A DNA stretch of 63,723 nucleotides, the filler included, from Octopus bimaculoides (lineage: Eukaryota), in the NCBI RefSeq assembly GCF_001194135.2. It is 6 parts of 6 records of this genome, joined end to end, with 100 filler letters (N's around TTAATTAATTAA, not from the genome) between each part and the next. Parts side by side here need not be neighbours in the genome. Positions count along the whole stretch, not along the records: positions 1 to 3,529 come from NC_068996.1; positions 3,630 to 20,464 come from NC_068990.1; 4 more parts are not named here. One strand, 5' to 3'. The notes beneath the pieces were generated by a model. It was given only the letters and a program-made list of their open reading frames with translations. It made no database searches and was not told where the DNA came from. The translations under genes were made by a program, and so were the position numbers. Shown here in pieces: positions 1-12,250 of this stretch (its first letter is position 1; every line of letters begins with the position of its first letter).

Positions 1-372
1 ATTTAATGATAATTTAATAAAAAAAAAAAATAAAGTAAAATGTACGGTTACTCACCAATAATGAATGATATTGATTTAAGACGATGATGATGAAAATAAT
101 GAAGGTAATGACTGCACAGCAAAGAAGATTCAAAGCTCTTCTAGTGATGCCTCTTCTTCTGGTGTTTTAGAAGATGTTTTATCTTTGGTCAAGGCTTTCT
201 TGGTGGGCTTGAGGAACATTGTGATGAGAAATTGCTGTCGTTGCTTCTTCACAGTGGTGAGGAGAGTTTTATATGTCTGCGTGTCGACATCGATGGCATT
301 CTTAAATTGGAGAGACAGAAACCATATAGCGATCTCATGCTTCCGTCTTTCCTTGCAATTCCTTTGCTATCC

Positions 373-597
373 TCAACAGAAACTTACTTCTACTGTAGTC
401 CTGATCCCCACCTCGTTCTTCTTTATGTAGCATATGGTGCTTTCGTTGACAACATAATAACAACCTACTGCAGCATAACTTTTACCTTCCCGGAACATAT
501 CCAGCAGTTGTGCCTTCTCATGGAGCGTAATAACCTTTTTCTGGTGCTTAGGTTCACATCCAGAAGCCTTAGAAAGTGTAGGGCGTTTGGGCGACAT
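373..597 (-). pseudogene. Tigger-like transposase N-terminal CENP-B/psq HTH fragment
   Basis: KKVITLHEKAQLLDMFREGKSYAAVGCYYVVNESTICYIKKNE matches the Tigger/CENP-B N-terminal HTH pattern; truncated by a stop, with no DDE domain downstream. Confidence 0.85.
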
Positions 598-811
598 CCT
601 AAGACTTTAATAACACGCTGCGAAAAACAACACTCAACAAAATACTTGAGATAGCTACTGGACGCAGTTTTCCCCCCCAGAAACCTACAAAATCTTCCTT
701 TTGTCTAATATGTGCATACCACCAATGGGAGATTGAGCAGAGATTAAAAATAATGATGGTTTTGAAAAATTTAGTTTGTATTACTATTAGATACAGTAAT
801 CTATATCATAA

Positions 812-815
<4 letters not shown>

Positions 816-908
<93 letters not shown>
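816..908. repeat. (GA)n microsatellite
   Basis: Perfect GA run. Confidence 0.98.
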
Positions 909-909
<1 letters not shown>

Positions 910-1099
910 AGTAAGTAACCTAATTTCAATGGGGCTATATTGGCTTACGACCTTAAAAATTATCCTGTTGAAATAAACAATGTGTATGACCAAATATAGT
1001 GATGACTTAAAGCGGCCGTATAAAATTAACGTTCAATCTCGTGTTGTATATATCTTTGATCTGTCATCGCTAGCCCAAGTAATACTAGTGCGATACACA

Positions 1100-1149
<50 letters not shown>

Positions 1150-1187
1150 TTTCACTACAATGAGAGGCTGTTGTTGAGAGACAAAAA

Positions 1188-1295
1188 CGAGGGATGTATG
1201 AAAAGTTTTGAGCCTTCAAGGCCTTTGAACCTTCATCAGAAGTCTTGTACCATGTTTTGTTTTTTCGAGGCTCAAGACTTTTCATACACCCCTCG
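1188..1295. mobile_element. 108-bp mariner-type MITE
   Basis: CGAGGGATGTATGAAAAGTTTTGAGCCT (1188-1215) is inverted at AGGCTCAAGACTTTTCATACACCCCTCG (1268-1295); TA on the right flank. Confidence 0.8.
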
Positions 1296-1689
1296 TACAG
1301 TTAGAGAGGGAGAGAAAGTGTGTATGTCTGAAATATTGATAGATGTCGCTATACTAATTAGCAAGCTTTAATTGAATGTAGGAATAAGAGATACAAGATA
1401 CAGTGTACTTGTATCTAAAACAATCAAGCAACGTGATGCGCGGCTATTCTAATCAGAGGGAGCTTAAAATGCGAAGGGGCGTCCAGTAAAACCGGTAAAA
1501 ACAGTATGTTGTTATTAATAATTTAGCCTTAAAAAGTGTGAAAAAATTTATACCGCCACCAAAAAGCCATAAAAGATCACGGACGATATTTACGATTCCA
1601 CGAATATGCGGTGGTTTCCGCGAATAACCGGGACCGCGTATGCTGAACCGCGAATAAGCGGGCGTACACCGTATGTATATTGCACACTG

Positions 1690-1830
1690 CTTCTGACACT
1701 TCGTCAGCTACAATGGCGGAGGTTCCAGTTGATCTTAACAAGAGAACAGCCCGCCCAAGAAATTAACGTGCAAGTGATTGAGCATTCCACAGCCACGGGG
1801 TACCTCTTAACGTAGTTCTCAGGAAGATTG
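1690..1830 (-). mobile_element. SINE family C, 3' fragment
   Basis: Matches the tail of the full copies at 31748-32130 and 33141-33510 (GTTCCAGTTGATC...AATTAACGTGCAAGTG). Confidence 0.8.
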
Positions 1831-1836
1831 AGGGTG

Positions 1837-2116
1837 TGGCTGGTAAGCAACCTACTTACCACACAGCCACTCCTGCGCTTTTATACTCTTTACTGTTTTA
1901 CTCTTTTACTTGTTTCAGTCATTTGACTGCGGCCATGCTGGAGCACCGCCTTTAGTCGGGCAAATCGACCCCAGGACTTATTCTTTGGAAGCCTAGTACT
2001 TATTCTATCGGTCTCTTTTTGCCGAACCGCTAAGTTACGGGGACGTAAACACACCAACATCGGTTGTTAAGCGATGTTATGGGGACAAACACAGACACAA
2101 ACATATACACACACAT

Positions 2117-2149
<33 letters not shown>

Positions 2150-2152
2150 CAT
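1837..2152 (-). mobile_element. SINE family B: head fragment of one copy plus 3' half of another, running into a gap
   Basis: Same sequence as 34660-35043 in reverse (CTTACCACACAGCCACTCCTGCGC head; TTACTCTTTTACTTGTTTCAGTC tail; internal CA/TA microsatellite). Confidence 0.85.
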
Positions 2153-2545
2153 NNNNNNNNNNNNNNNNNNNNNNNNNNNNNNNNNNNNNNNNNNNNNNNN
2201 NNNNNNNNNNNNNNNNNNNNNNNNNNNNNNNNNNNNNNNNNNNNNNNNNNNNNNNNNNNNNNNNNNNNNNNNNNNNNNNNNNNNNNNNNNNNNNNNNNNN
2301 NNNNNNNNNNNNNNNNNNNNNNNNNNNNNNNNNNNNNNNNNNNNNNNNNNNNNNNNNNNNNNNNNNNNNNNNNNNNNNNNNNNNNNNNNNNNNNNNNNNN
2401 NNNNNNNNNNNNNNNNNNNNNNNNNNNNNNNNNNNNNNNNNNNNNNNNNNNNNNNNNNNNNNNNNNNNNNNNNNNNNNNNNNNNNNNNNNNNNNNNNNNN
2501 NNNNNNNNNNNNNNNNNNNNNNNNNNNNNNNNNNNNNNNNNNNNN

Positions 2546-2591
<46 letters not shown>

Positions 2592-3087
2592 TGTATATAT
2601 TGTTCCACTTGATTATATCTCATAATCGATGGCGTTATAACACTACAGAGGCTTGCGCAATTGTAGCCATGATGTTTTATGCTTTTATCATGCAAGAAAG
2701 AAACAAAAATTTGTTTTTCTTCTCTTTGAAGCTTTGAGAAATTTTGAAATACGTCCATTTTATGAAATTGCTTAAATGACAATGTAGTTAAAAAATAATT
2801 GTTCACAAGAAAGAAAAAATTGGACTTGGTCACTCATGAGAGCCAACCACGTGTTTGCCGTACACCAGACTACCACGATGTCGCTAGACAACAGAATTGA
2901 CAACATGATATGAACTAATATTTATAGCTACATTGACATTTAAGAAATTTCAATATATATGTCTGTGCACATTCATGTACGTACATACGTATCTATGGTG
3001 AGTGTATGTGTGTGTGCGTGTGTGTATGTGCGTGTGTGTATGTGTGTAAATGTGCGTGTATGTGTGTGTACGCATATGTGTGTGTGT

Positions 3088-3124
<37 letters not shown>

Positions 3125-3573
3125 CGTGTGTGTGTGTGTGTGCGTGTGTGTGTGGATGCATGTGTGGCTGAATAGTAAGAAGCTTGCTTACGAAGCACAT
3201 GGTTCCCGATTCAGTCCCACTGCGTAGCACCTTGGATGAGTATCACCTACTGCAGTCTTTGGCTAACCAAAGTAAGTAAACTCGTAAAATGAGCATATTT
3301 CAAAATTTCTCAAAGCATCCAGAAGAAGTAAAACAAATTTCTTTTCTGATTTTGCAAAGTAAAAGCACTTAACTCCATGGCTACAATTGGGCAGGCCTCT
3401 GTGGTGTTTTAACGCTATCGATTATGAGGAATTGTTTAATTGTTTATTGCGGCAATTGCATATACACAAACACACACACACATACATAGATAATGCATAC
3501 ATACATACATACATACATACATACATACANNNNNNNNNNNNNNNNNNNNNNNNNNNNNNNNNNNNNNNNNNNN

Positions 3574-3585
3574 TTAATTAATTAA
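3574..3585. other. Assembly placeholder TTAATTAATTAA (also 20509-20520, 38837-38848, 53735-53746, 62238-62249)
   Basis: Identical 12-mer centred in five N runs (44 N + 12 + 44 N = 100 at the first); it encodes stops in all six frames. Not biological. Confidence 0.95.
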
Positions 3586-3653
3586 NNNNNNNNNNNNNNN
3601 NNNNNNNNNNNNNNNNNNNNNNNNNNNNNGATGATAATAATAATAATAATAAT

Positions 3654-5530
3654 ATCGGGATGGAGTTTGACCTTGAAAAGTGTGCCAAAGCCACTTTTAA
3701 GAAAGGGAAACTGGCAAAGTCAAGTTCAATAGAATTAGATGTCGAAACAGTAATAAAAGAACTTGAGCAGGAACAAACCTATAAGTACCTAGGAATAAAT
3801 GAAGGCTCTGGTATCCAGCATGCAAGCATGAAAGAGAAGGTTAGGAAGGAATGTTATAGAAGAGTTCGAGCAGTCTCGAAGTCTGAGCTGAGTACATATA
3901 ATAAGGTGTTAGCCATAAATTCCTTAGCAGTCCCAGTTGTTCTTTATAGCTTCAATGTGCTTAACTGGAATACCAGTGAAATAATGAAAATTGATGGGAA
4001 AATCCGCAAGCTACTGACTTGTAATAAGATGCACCATCCAAAAGCATACGTGGATCGTCTTTACTTTCCCAGAGCTCAGGGAGGTCGAGGCTTGATCCAG
4101 CTTGAACTTACGTACAAAACCACCACAATTGGAATGGCCAAATACCTTGAAACAACCAACGATTGGATGCTAAAACTTGTTCAAAAACATGAAAGACCGA
4201 AAAAAACTTCACTCTATTCTGAAAGAGAGCAAAAAATTCGCTACTGCTCTCTTAGATACCCACCAGATTGATCAGGTTGAAGGAAATGCGCCAACTGCTG
4301 CTGCAAAGAAAATAAAATTAATTGCANNNNNNNNNNNNNNNNNNNNNNNNNNNNNNNNNNNNNNNNNNNNNNNNNNNNNNNNNNNNNNNNNNNNNNNNNN
4401 NNNNNNNNNNNNNNNNNNNNNNNNNNNNNNNNNNNNNNNNNNNNNNNNNNNNNNNNNNNNNNNNNNNNNNNNNNNNNNNNNNNNNNNNNNNNNNNNNNNN
4501 NNNNNNNNNNNNNNNNNNNNNNNNNNNNNNNNNNNNNNNNNNNNNNNNNNNNNNNNNNNNNNNNNNNNNNNNNNNNNNNNNNNNNNNNNNNNNNNNNNNN
4601 NNNNNNNNNNNNNNNNNNNNNNNNNNNNNNNNNNNNNNNNNNNNNNNNNNNNNNNNNNNNNNNNNNNNNNNNNNNNNNNNNNNNNNNNNNNNNNNNNNNN
4701 NNNNNNNNNNNNNNNNNNNNNNNNNNNNNNNNNNNNNNNNNNNNNNNNNNNNNNNNNNNNNNNNNNNNNNNNNGGAGCTGACCCAAAATGCCGATTCTGT
4801 AACGATGAGATTGAAACTATAGACCACCTAATCTCAGGGTATAGAGTCTTAGCACCTGTAGAATATAAAGCAAGACATGACAGAGTCAGCCAGTATTTAC
4901 ACTGGACAATATGTCGGCATTATAAAATCAAAACCGCTGACAAATGGTATAAACACCATCCTGAAGCTGTGACTGAGGGAGAAAATGTGTCGATTCTCTG
5001 GGACTTCCCTGTACATACCGACAAAACTATAAAAGCTAATAAACCGGATATTATTATAAAAGATCAGACTAAGAAGACGTGTTTATTAATTGACATGAGT
5101 ATTCCTATGATCATAATATAGCGGCGAAAGAATTTGACAAGATCAGTAAATATAAAGACTTACTAATAGAAATTGAAAAAATGTGGCATCTCAAGGCGAC
5201 TACCGTACCAGTCATTGTAGGATCTCTGGGAATGATAAAAAAAAAATAGGTACTGAAACCTATTTGAAAATGATACCAGGCTTACCATCCCTACAGGAAG
5301 TGCAAAAATCGTTTTAACTGGAACGACTCATGTACTGACAAGAGCATTATCGTTGTGAAAACAACATCCATTCATGGATTTATTTATTTATTAATTTTTT
5401 TAAAATACGTATTGTACCTGTGAATTTGCGTGTGTAAACTGGGAATGCATACAATGAGCTTCTCTACCCTAGGTGTACGAAAAACACCCGGCGAGAAATG
5501 GAAGAAAATTTGAAGAAAGAAGAAAAAAAA
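3654..5530 (+). mobile_element. 5'-truncated R4/Dong-clade non-LTR retrotransposon (RT thumb, CCHC knuckle, restriction-like endonuclease), frameshifted
   Basis: GMEFDLEKCA..YKYLG..NKVLAINSLAVPVVLYSF..DRLYFPRAQGGRGL; CRFC..ETIDHLISG..RHD; LWDFPVHTDKTIKANKPDII..LLIDMSIP (PD-D/ExK). Continues out of frame as KYKDLLIEIEKMWHLK..VPVIVGSLG..VLTRALSL* (stop at 5356-5358). Confidence 0.9.
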
Positions 5531-5610
5531 CAACATAATGATAATAATAATAATGGCCCAACAGAGTTGGCCAATACTGCTACGTATATATATGTACACA
5601 TTTATATATA

Positions 5611-5912
5611 TCGGCATAAAATCAAAACGTTTGATAAATGGTACAAGCACCACCCTGAGGCTATAACTGAGGGAGAAACTGTAACGATTCTTGGGGACTT
5701 TCGAGTACATGCAGACAACCAGCAAAGCTAATAAACTGGAAATTTTTATGAAAGACCAAAGCAATACAATCTGTTTACTGATTGACATGATCATAACCTG
5801 TGACGATCTCGGCAAAAGAATTTGACAAACTCAGAAAATATTAAGATTTACTCATTGAAATCGAAAAAATGTGGCATCTCAAGACGGTTACAATACCAGT
5901 GATTGTAGGAGT
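5611..5912 (+). mobile_element. Second, more degraded fragment of the same RLE endonuclease region
   Basis: RHKIKTFDKWYKHHPEAITEGETVTILGDFRVHAD..EIEKMWHLKTVTIPVIVG parallels 4914-5225. Confidence 0.85.
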
Positions 5913-6131
5913 GTGTGGATGTGTGAATGTACACCTATGCACGTATACACACACTCCCATAAATGCAGACACGCACACACAGATATGTAAGCACATACAT
6001 ACACGCATATATACGTACATATTTGCACATCTACCGCCTCTTCCTAATTCCACGTCCCCAACTACGCAACCGATTTCCTGTCCACCACGCAATCTCCTGT
6101 TTTTCCAAGTAATTGTTGTCGNNNNNNNNNN

Positions 6132-6178
<47 letters not shown>

Positions 6179-6472
6179 TTATTTATTTATTTATATATAT
6201 GTATATATATATATATACATATATCTATATATATATATATATAATATAATATAATATATAATATATATGTGTGTGTGCGTGTTTGTGTGTGTAAGTATGT
6301 ATGCATATTTGTATAGTGTGAGTTATATTTAAATCGGATAACAATTAACCAGCATTTAGAGCATCATGTGTATTCCTGTATATTCAAAGGAAACAATCAG
6401 AAGGCTTTGTATTCTAGTTAGATGCTGAGGTTAAACAAAGCTCCCATGTTTTCTTTTACTTTATATATACAG

Positions 6473-6517
<45 letters not shown>

Positions 6518-6553
6518 CGCGCGCATACATCTGCATTTATGCACACACATATA

Positions 6554-7727
6554 TCTATGTACGTATTAACTGGCGATTCAACTTTTCTTCTTCGCAATAA
6601 ACATTTTTTTTATATAATAAATAATGCATGTCTCACTTGAAACTCGCTTCACAGAGGTGTCGTTCAACCGATTCGTCGTCAAATATTTTATATCTAATGT
6701 CTGCATTATAGGTAATTTTATGTTTCAATTCGACTGGTTAATTTTGATTTTTCTGTGATATATTCAAAGGTATGTATATTTATTTTCAAATGCTTAACGT
6801 GTGTCTGTTCATTTGTTTTGTTTTTATGTGGCCAAGTATTTTTATTTCAAAGCTCTTACTGTTCAAATATGACATTAATTTTAGGTAAGTATTTACTTGA
6901 CTTACAAATATATTTGGATTTTCAACCAGTAATTGGAAACCTTCCTTCAGTTGATTTTCTTTTTTTTTTATATTGTTAAACATTTTTGTTCGTTCTTTAG
7001 AATTGAAGTATTATTTATTCAGTTCCAGAGTATTTTACTTTTATAATGTTTAGATTTTTTATATAATTTCTTATAATTTCTTGTAATTTGTATTTTCCTG
7101 CCATTGTCTGCTGTTTAAGTGAGTATACAGTGAGTTCGGTGGTTGGCGTTTTTATATTATTATTGACATGTGATTCTGAATTCAGTGCTTTGTTCTTTGT
7201 TTTTGTTTTCTGTTTGGTTTGTTTATTGCTGAGTTTCAAATCATTTAGATAGATATCTTAAGTTCTTTGAGATTTCTTGCTTAATATTTTGCAATTCGTG
7301 GCAGGCTACACTGTTTCCAATACAATCTCATTTTATATTGTCTATTTTTATTACTTTACATATCATTTTTACTGGCAGTAATTTAATATATCTCCATATT
7401 CTAAAGCTGTGATTTATGATGCATTGCATCTACGGTAAAACATTCTAACCATTTTCTAGAATTTTAGGTTTTATGATATTGTCATGAAAAACGTTTTTAA
7501 ATTCGATTATTCAATGCCACAACCTCTTATCATTTCTCTTATGTTCATAGTGCACAATAAGACTCCATTAGAATCTTCAGTAAAGGAGATCCAGGCACTA
7601 AATTACTTTTGTTAAGATAATCTATTAAAACGGAACAGCTATTTTAGTCGCAACCCCCCCACACACACACACACAAAAGTCTTTTTTTTCAAAAACATTA
7701 CCGTAGCATTGCGACCTGGTTGCCTAG
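6554..7727 (+). mobile_element. Candidate non-autonomous Helitron
   Basis: A|TCTATGTACGTATTAA at 6554; 3' ACCGTAGCATTGCGACCTGGTTGC-CTAG|T at 7700-7728 (imperfect subterminal hairpin plus CTAG). The 5' end assignment is weak. Confidence 0.4.
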
Positions 7728-7931
7728 TGTGATCTAATCAGCATTGCCACCTGCACACTTTTGATACTTGACCCCTGGCACAGTCCTACTGCGATCCTTT
7801 ATAATTTAGTGACTGGTAGGTTCACAAAAGGTCCCAGTTTTTTTCCTTTTGTTAAATTTATCGTCAGTTAACGAATCTCTTCGCAGCAGCTAAAACCATC
7901 AACATCATTTTCTAATTCTGAGGGTGATTCC

Positions 7932-8110
7932 AAGGCGGTGAGCTGGTAGAATCGTCACCGCACCGGGCAAAATGATTTGCAACATTTATTCCGATTTAAC
8001 ATTCCGCGTTCAAATACCACCGAGGTTGACTTTGAGGTTTTCATCCTTATCAATTAAATAAGTACCAGTTTGGCACTGGAGTCGGACCCTGTGCCAAAAG
8101 TTGAAACCAA
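7932..8110 (+). mobile_element. SINE family A (degraded)
   Basis: AAGGCGGTGAGCTGGTAGAA head, B-box-like GTTCAAATACC and AATAAGTACCAG module shared with 30563-30800. Confidence 0.8.
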
Positions 8111-8546
8111 TATTCGCTGATTCCGAGACATCTCCAAGAATTCGTATTCATTGTTGTTTTCTTAGATCTGTGAGGCAGGAATTGCTTAACGCCCTGTTGT
8201 GAAACTAGAAATTCCGTTTATTTATTTATATTAAAAAAAACAAAACATCGTCACCATCATCATCACCGTTCTAATTAAAGTTTAAAATTTCCCACTTTAG
8301 CAATCCAAATTACAACTGCTAACGCTACATCACTTTTGTTTACAATAAAAGTAGATTCAAAGGCGGAGTTTATAACCGAGGTAAGGAGGAAGGAGCATGT
8401 TTTGTGTATAACTGAACTGAGAAGTGCACGTGTTAACCTCTCGTCTAATCTATCAATTCAGACCTGATAAAGAAACCATATACCCGATGCTAATGAGTGT
8501 GTATGCGAGTATGTATGTATGTATATATATATATATATATATATAT

Positions 8547-8628
8547 AACAATTGCAGCGTGGAAGGTGTTTATAAGCCATTTAAAATAACACACAAAATC
8601 CGTTAGATTCACTGCAACATTTAAATTT
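8547..8628. mobile_element. Probable Penelope-like element terminus abutting (TA)n
   Basis: GCAGCGTGGAAGGTGTTTATAAGCCATTT..CCGTTAGATTCAC resembles recalled octopus PLE ends; truncated by a gap. Confidence 0.45.
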
Positions 8629-9485
8629 NNNNNNNNNNNNNNNNNNNNNNNNNNNNNNNNNNNNNNNNNNNNNNNNNNNNNNNNNNNNNNNNNNNNNNNN
8701 NNNNNNNNNNNNNNNNNNNNNNNNNNNNNNNNNNNNNNNNNNNNNNNNNNNNNNNNNNNNNNNNNNNNNNNNNNNNNNNNNNNNNNNNNNNNNNNNNNNN
8801 NNNNNNNNNNNNNNNNNNNNNNNNNNNNNNNNNNNNNNNNNNNNNNNNNNNNNNNNNNNNNNNNNNNNNNNNNNNNNNNNNNNNNNNNNNNNNNNNNNNN
8901 NNNNNNNNNNNNNNNNNNNNNNNNNNNNNNNNNNNNNNNNNNNNNNNNNNNNNNNNNNNNNNNNNNNNNNNNNNNNNNNNNNNNNNNNNNNNNNNNNNNN
9001 NNNNNNNNNNNNNNNNNNNNNNNNNNNNNNNNNNNNNNNTATATATATATATATATACGAGTAAGTGGACAAATGAAAGAAGGGCACAAATGAAAGAGAG
9101 TTACATGTATGGATCAAAATAGTTTGATTCAAATCCGTTGGTACTCTTGAGTTTCAAGCGCGATGCTAGTCGTCATTGGTTGTTTTTACCATAAGGTGGA
9201 CTGCGATTGGTCGAGGAAAGTCACGCGGTGTCGTGGTTTGATGTTGGTATATGGGTAACAGTTAGTTGGAAAATACTGCATGGCGAACAAGAAATTGGCC
9301 ACGTGGAGGACAGGAAATAGACAAGGAGTTGGTCCGGTTGTTGGGGAGAAAGTAGGAAGTATATTGTCCTATATGTGTGTGTGCGTGTGTGCAGACGTGC
9401 TCATATAATTGTGCATGCATGTGTATATTGATGCGAGTGTGCGCATCTGTACATGGGCGCGCACGCGCACGTCTGCACAGACACA

Positions 9486-9521
<36 letters not shown>

Positions 9522-9689
9522 CTTGGACGAACACGCACACACGTACACACACATATACGTATACACACACATGCGTATTCATTCATATGTTCACATGTAT
9601 ATTCGCATGCATGTACGCATGCATACCAGTGTGCGCGCACACACGCACGCGCGGCAATGTGCACTCGCACGCGCGCGTGCGCAAGTATA

Positions 9690-10200
9690 CAGACGCAAAA
9701 CCAGCGTTGAGGATTGGTCAGCGTTTGGAATTGGTAAGTGTTGGGGGCTGGTATGCGCTGGGGATTGGTAAATGGCGTTCCCACTCATGGAGTTGGTTGG
9801 TAGCGGTGACCTTGGTGCAGCTGGTGTGAAATTGCAGCTGGTGCTAAAGTAGTTTATCCGGTTTGTCGGCAGTCAGAGGCGAAATTTGCCATAATGGCAA
9901 ATTTCTAGTGACAGCAATACGATAATTCTTATTACTTGGTGATGGATACTGCAGGTTGCTGGAAGATATTCAGTCTTCCACGGAGGCAGAACTGGCAGTT
10001 GGGGGCACCGGGTGAATATGGTGGCACTCAGTCGACAATAGTTCTCTCAATGCTGGGTATTTCATCTCAAAGATCACGAAGATCCAGAGAAAACGAGACA
10101 GGGAAGTAGAGTTTCCTCTGTCCCTGGATTTGAACGAGTGCATATGCTGGAGATATCTTCTCTTGAAGTCCTTAGCTGTCATACCCGGTAGCAACAACTA
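9690..10200 (-). mobile_element. Penelope-like element 3' fragment (GIY-YIG endonuclease C-terminal half)
   Basis: GMTAKDFKRRYLQHMHSFKSRDRGNSTSLSRFLW fits the PLE GIY-YIG pattern G.T...K.R...H..SF...N.T.LS..IW; out-of-frame continuation YSPVPPNCQFCLRGRLNIFQ. Confidence 0.8.
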
Positions 10201-10429
10201 TGGAAGATGAATCGATGATGCATTAGTTTTTACATCAGTTACATATACTGCCAAGGGCAGCTCTGTACACAAATATAAATACAGCAATACAAATGTAGAT
10301 TTATATATAAATATAATTACATTAAATAAAAATCTAAATGTAGCTCTATATATAAATAGAAGTGTAGTTCTATATAGAAATATAAATGTAGCTATATATA
10401 TATCACGGTATCGACCAGACTAACGGATG

Positions 10430-10690
10430 TTGCTATACATCGCTGGTCACAATACACTCTGCTTCGTTTTAGCTTCTGAATGGCCGCTGGCTAGGCGAGA
10501 GCAGACCAACAATCTCCCTGATCAGAAGAGGCTAATCTGTCATGCGGTTACCCATTTAATGCTGAGTTGGCTGTAGCAACGTGAAATGAAGAGTTTTGCT
10601 CAAGAACACAATGCACAGTCATTCTAAGAAACGAGCCCATGATCTAGTAATCGCGAGTGCAACTGCTCTAAAAGCTAGGCCACGCACCTT
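10430..10690 (-). mobile_element. Degraded tRNA-derived SINE with CORE/V-like middle
   Basis: GCAACGTGAAATGAAGAGTTTTGCTCAAGAACACAA (reverse complement of a CORE-like block) and a head remnant ending GCTAGGCCACGCACC. Confidence 0.6.
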
Positions 10691-11246
10691 CATATCTGCT
10701 CTATATAAAAAAAACTACTCTGTACAGATATATAACAGTTGCTCTTCATACCATTATAAATACTCTACAAATAAACATAACTGTGATTCCATACAGAAAT
10801 ATATATTTAGCTCTATAGAGATATTTAACTCTATATCTCTATATAGAGATATATCTGTCGTCTTATAAGGAAATTATACTGAAGCTCTATATAAAAATAT
10901 AACTATAGCTCTTAATACACATATGATAGTGGCTCTATAATTAAACGCTACCTGTAGCGCTATTTTAAAACGGAACATTATATACAAAAATAGCATCCTT
11001 ATATAGTAGTATATAGCAATCTCTATATAGCAGTATAATTTTCTAAATAGAAAATAAATTATAGGTCTTTGTAGAAATATAAATGTGGATCTAACTAGAG
11101 CTATATATAGACATATAGTTATAGCACTATATAGGAACGTAAAGGTAGTTCTATATAGAATTAATACAACTCTATATTGAAATATAACTGTAGTACAATA
11201 TAGAAATATGAATAGAAATAGAAATATGCTTCTATAGAAAAAAAAC

Positions 11247-11545
11247 TGGCGTGGCTGTGTGGTAAGAAGTTTGCTTTCCAACCAAATTGTTCCGGGTTCA
11301 GTCTCGCCGCGTGACACCTTGGGCAAGTGTCTTCTGCTATGACCTAAGGCCTACCAAAACCTTGTGAGTGGATCTCGTAGACGGAAACTGAAAGAAGCCC
11401 GTCGTGTGTATGTGTGTGTATCTGTGAGAGACCGATAGAACAAGTACCAGTCGCCAAAATAATGAGAACTGGGGGTCGATTCGTTGGGGGCAGTGCCCCA
11501 GCATGACCGCGGTTTAGTGACTGAAACAATTGAAAGATAAAAATA
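11247..11545 (+). mobile_element. SINE family B
   Basis: GGCGTGGCTGTGTGGTAAGAAG..GGGTTCAGTCTC..ACCTTGGGCAAGTGTC..GACGGAAACTGAAAGAAGCCCGTCG, then the tail. Confidence 0.85.
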
Positions 11546-11654
11546 AAAGATGAAATAAAAAGCAGAATTTTAGCTCTATATAGAAGGAAAATTGTATCTG
11601 ACAGAAATAAATTAGTAGTTCTATATAAAAATAGAACGGTGGCACTGTCTAGGA

Positions 11655-11868
11655 ATATATTTATTTCCCACAAGGGGCTTAAACATAGAGGGGACAAACA
11701 AAGGGATTAAGTCGATTAAGTGCACAACTGGTATTTATTTAATCGACCCCAAAAGGATGAAAGGCAAAGTCGACCTCGGCGGAATTTGAACTCAGAACGT
11801 AACGGTAGACGAAATACCGCTAAGCATTTCGTCCGGTGTGCTAACGATTCTGCCAGCTCACCTCCTAT
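11655..11868 (-). mobile_element. SINE family A
   Basis: Near-identical reverse complement of 30563-30800. Confidence 0.9.
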
Positions 11869-11924
11869 TGGCTAGGAATATATTTACATATAAATACATT
11901 TACAGATATATTTGGAGTTTTCTG

Positions 11925-12250
11925 TGAAGGCACGTGGCTTAGTGGTTAGGGATATTCGACTTACGATCGTATGGTTGTGAGTTCAATTCCCGGCGACGCG
12001 TTGAGTCCTTGTGCAAGTCACTTTGTTTCACGTTGCTCCATCCACTCAGTTAACAAAAATGAGTTGTACCTGTATCTCAAAGGGCCACCCTTGCCACACT
12101 CGGTGTCACACTGAATCTCCCTGAGAGCGTACGTTAAGGGCACGCATGTCTGTGGAGTACTCAGCCATTTGCACGTTAATTTCACAAGCAGATTGTCCCG
12201 TTGATTGGATCAAGTGGAACCCTCGTCGCCGTAACTTACAGAGTGCTAGT
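11925..12250 (+). mobile_element. SINE family C variant (tRNA head, CORE-like middle, family C tail)
   Basis: GTGGCTTAGTGGTTAGGG (A box), GAGTTCAATTCCC (B box), CCTTGTGCAAGTCACTT, and the tail shared with 31960-32130. Confidence 0.8.

Larger units (their letters stand above)
1..1671 (-). mobile_element. Internally deleted Tigger/pogo-type DNA transposon with nested insertions; other end lies outside the window
   Basis: Terminus CGGTGTACGCCCGCTTATTCGCGG (minus, ends at 1671) is followed by TA (1672-1673) and resembles Tigger7/MER44-type ends. A CENP-B-like HTH ORF lies at 373-597, and an acidic C-terminal-like remnant at ~90-200. Confidence 0.75.
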
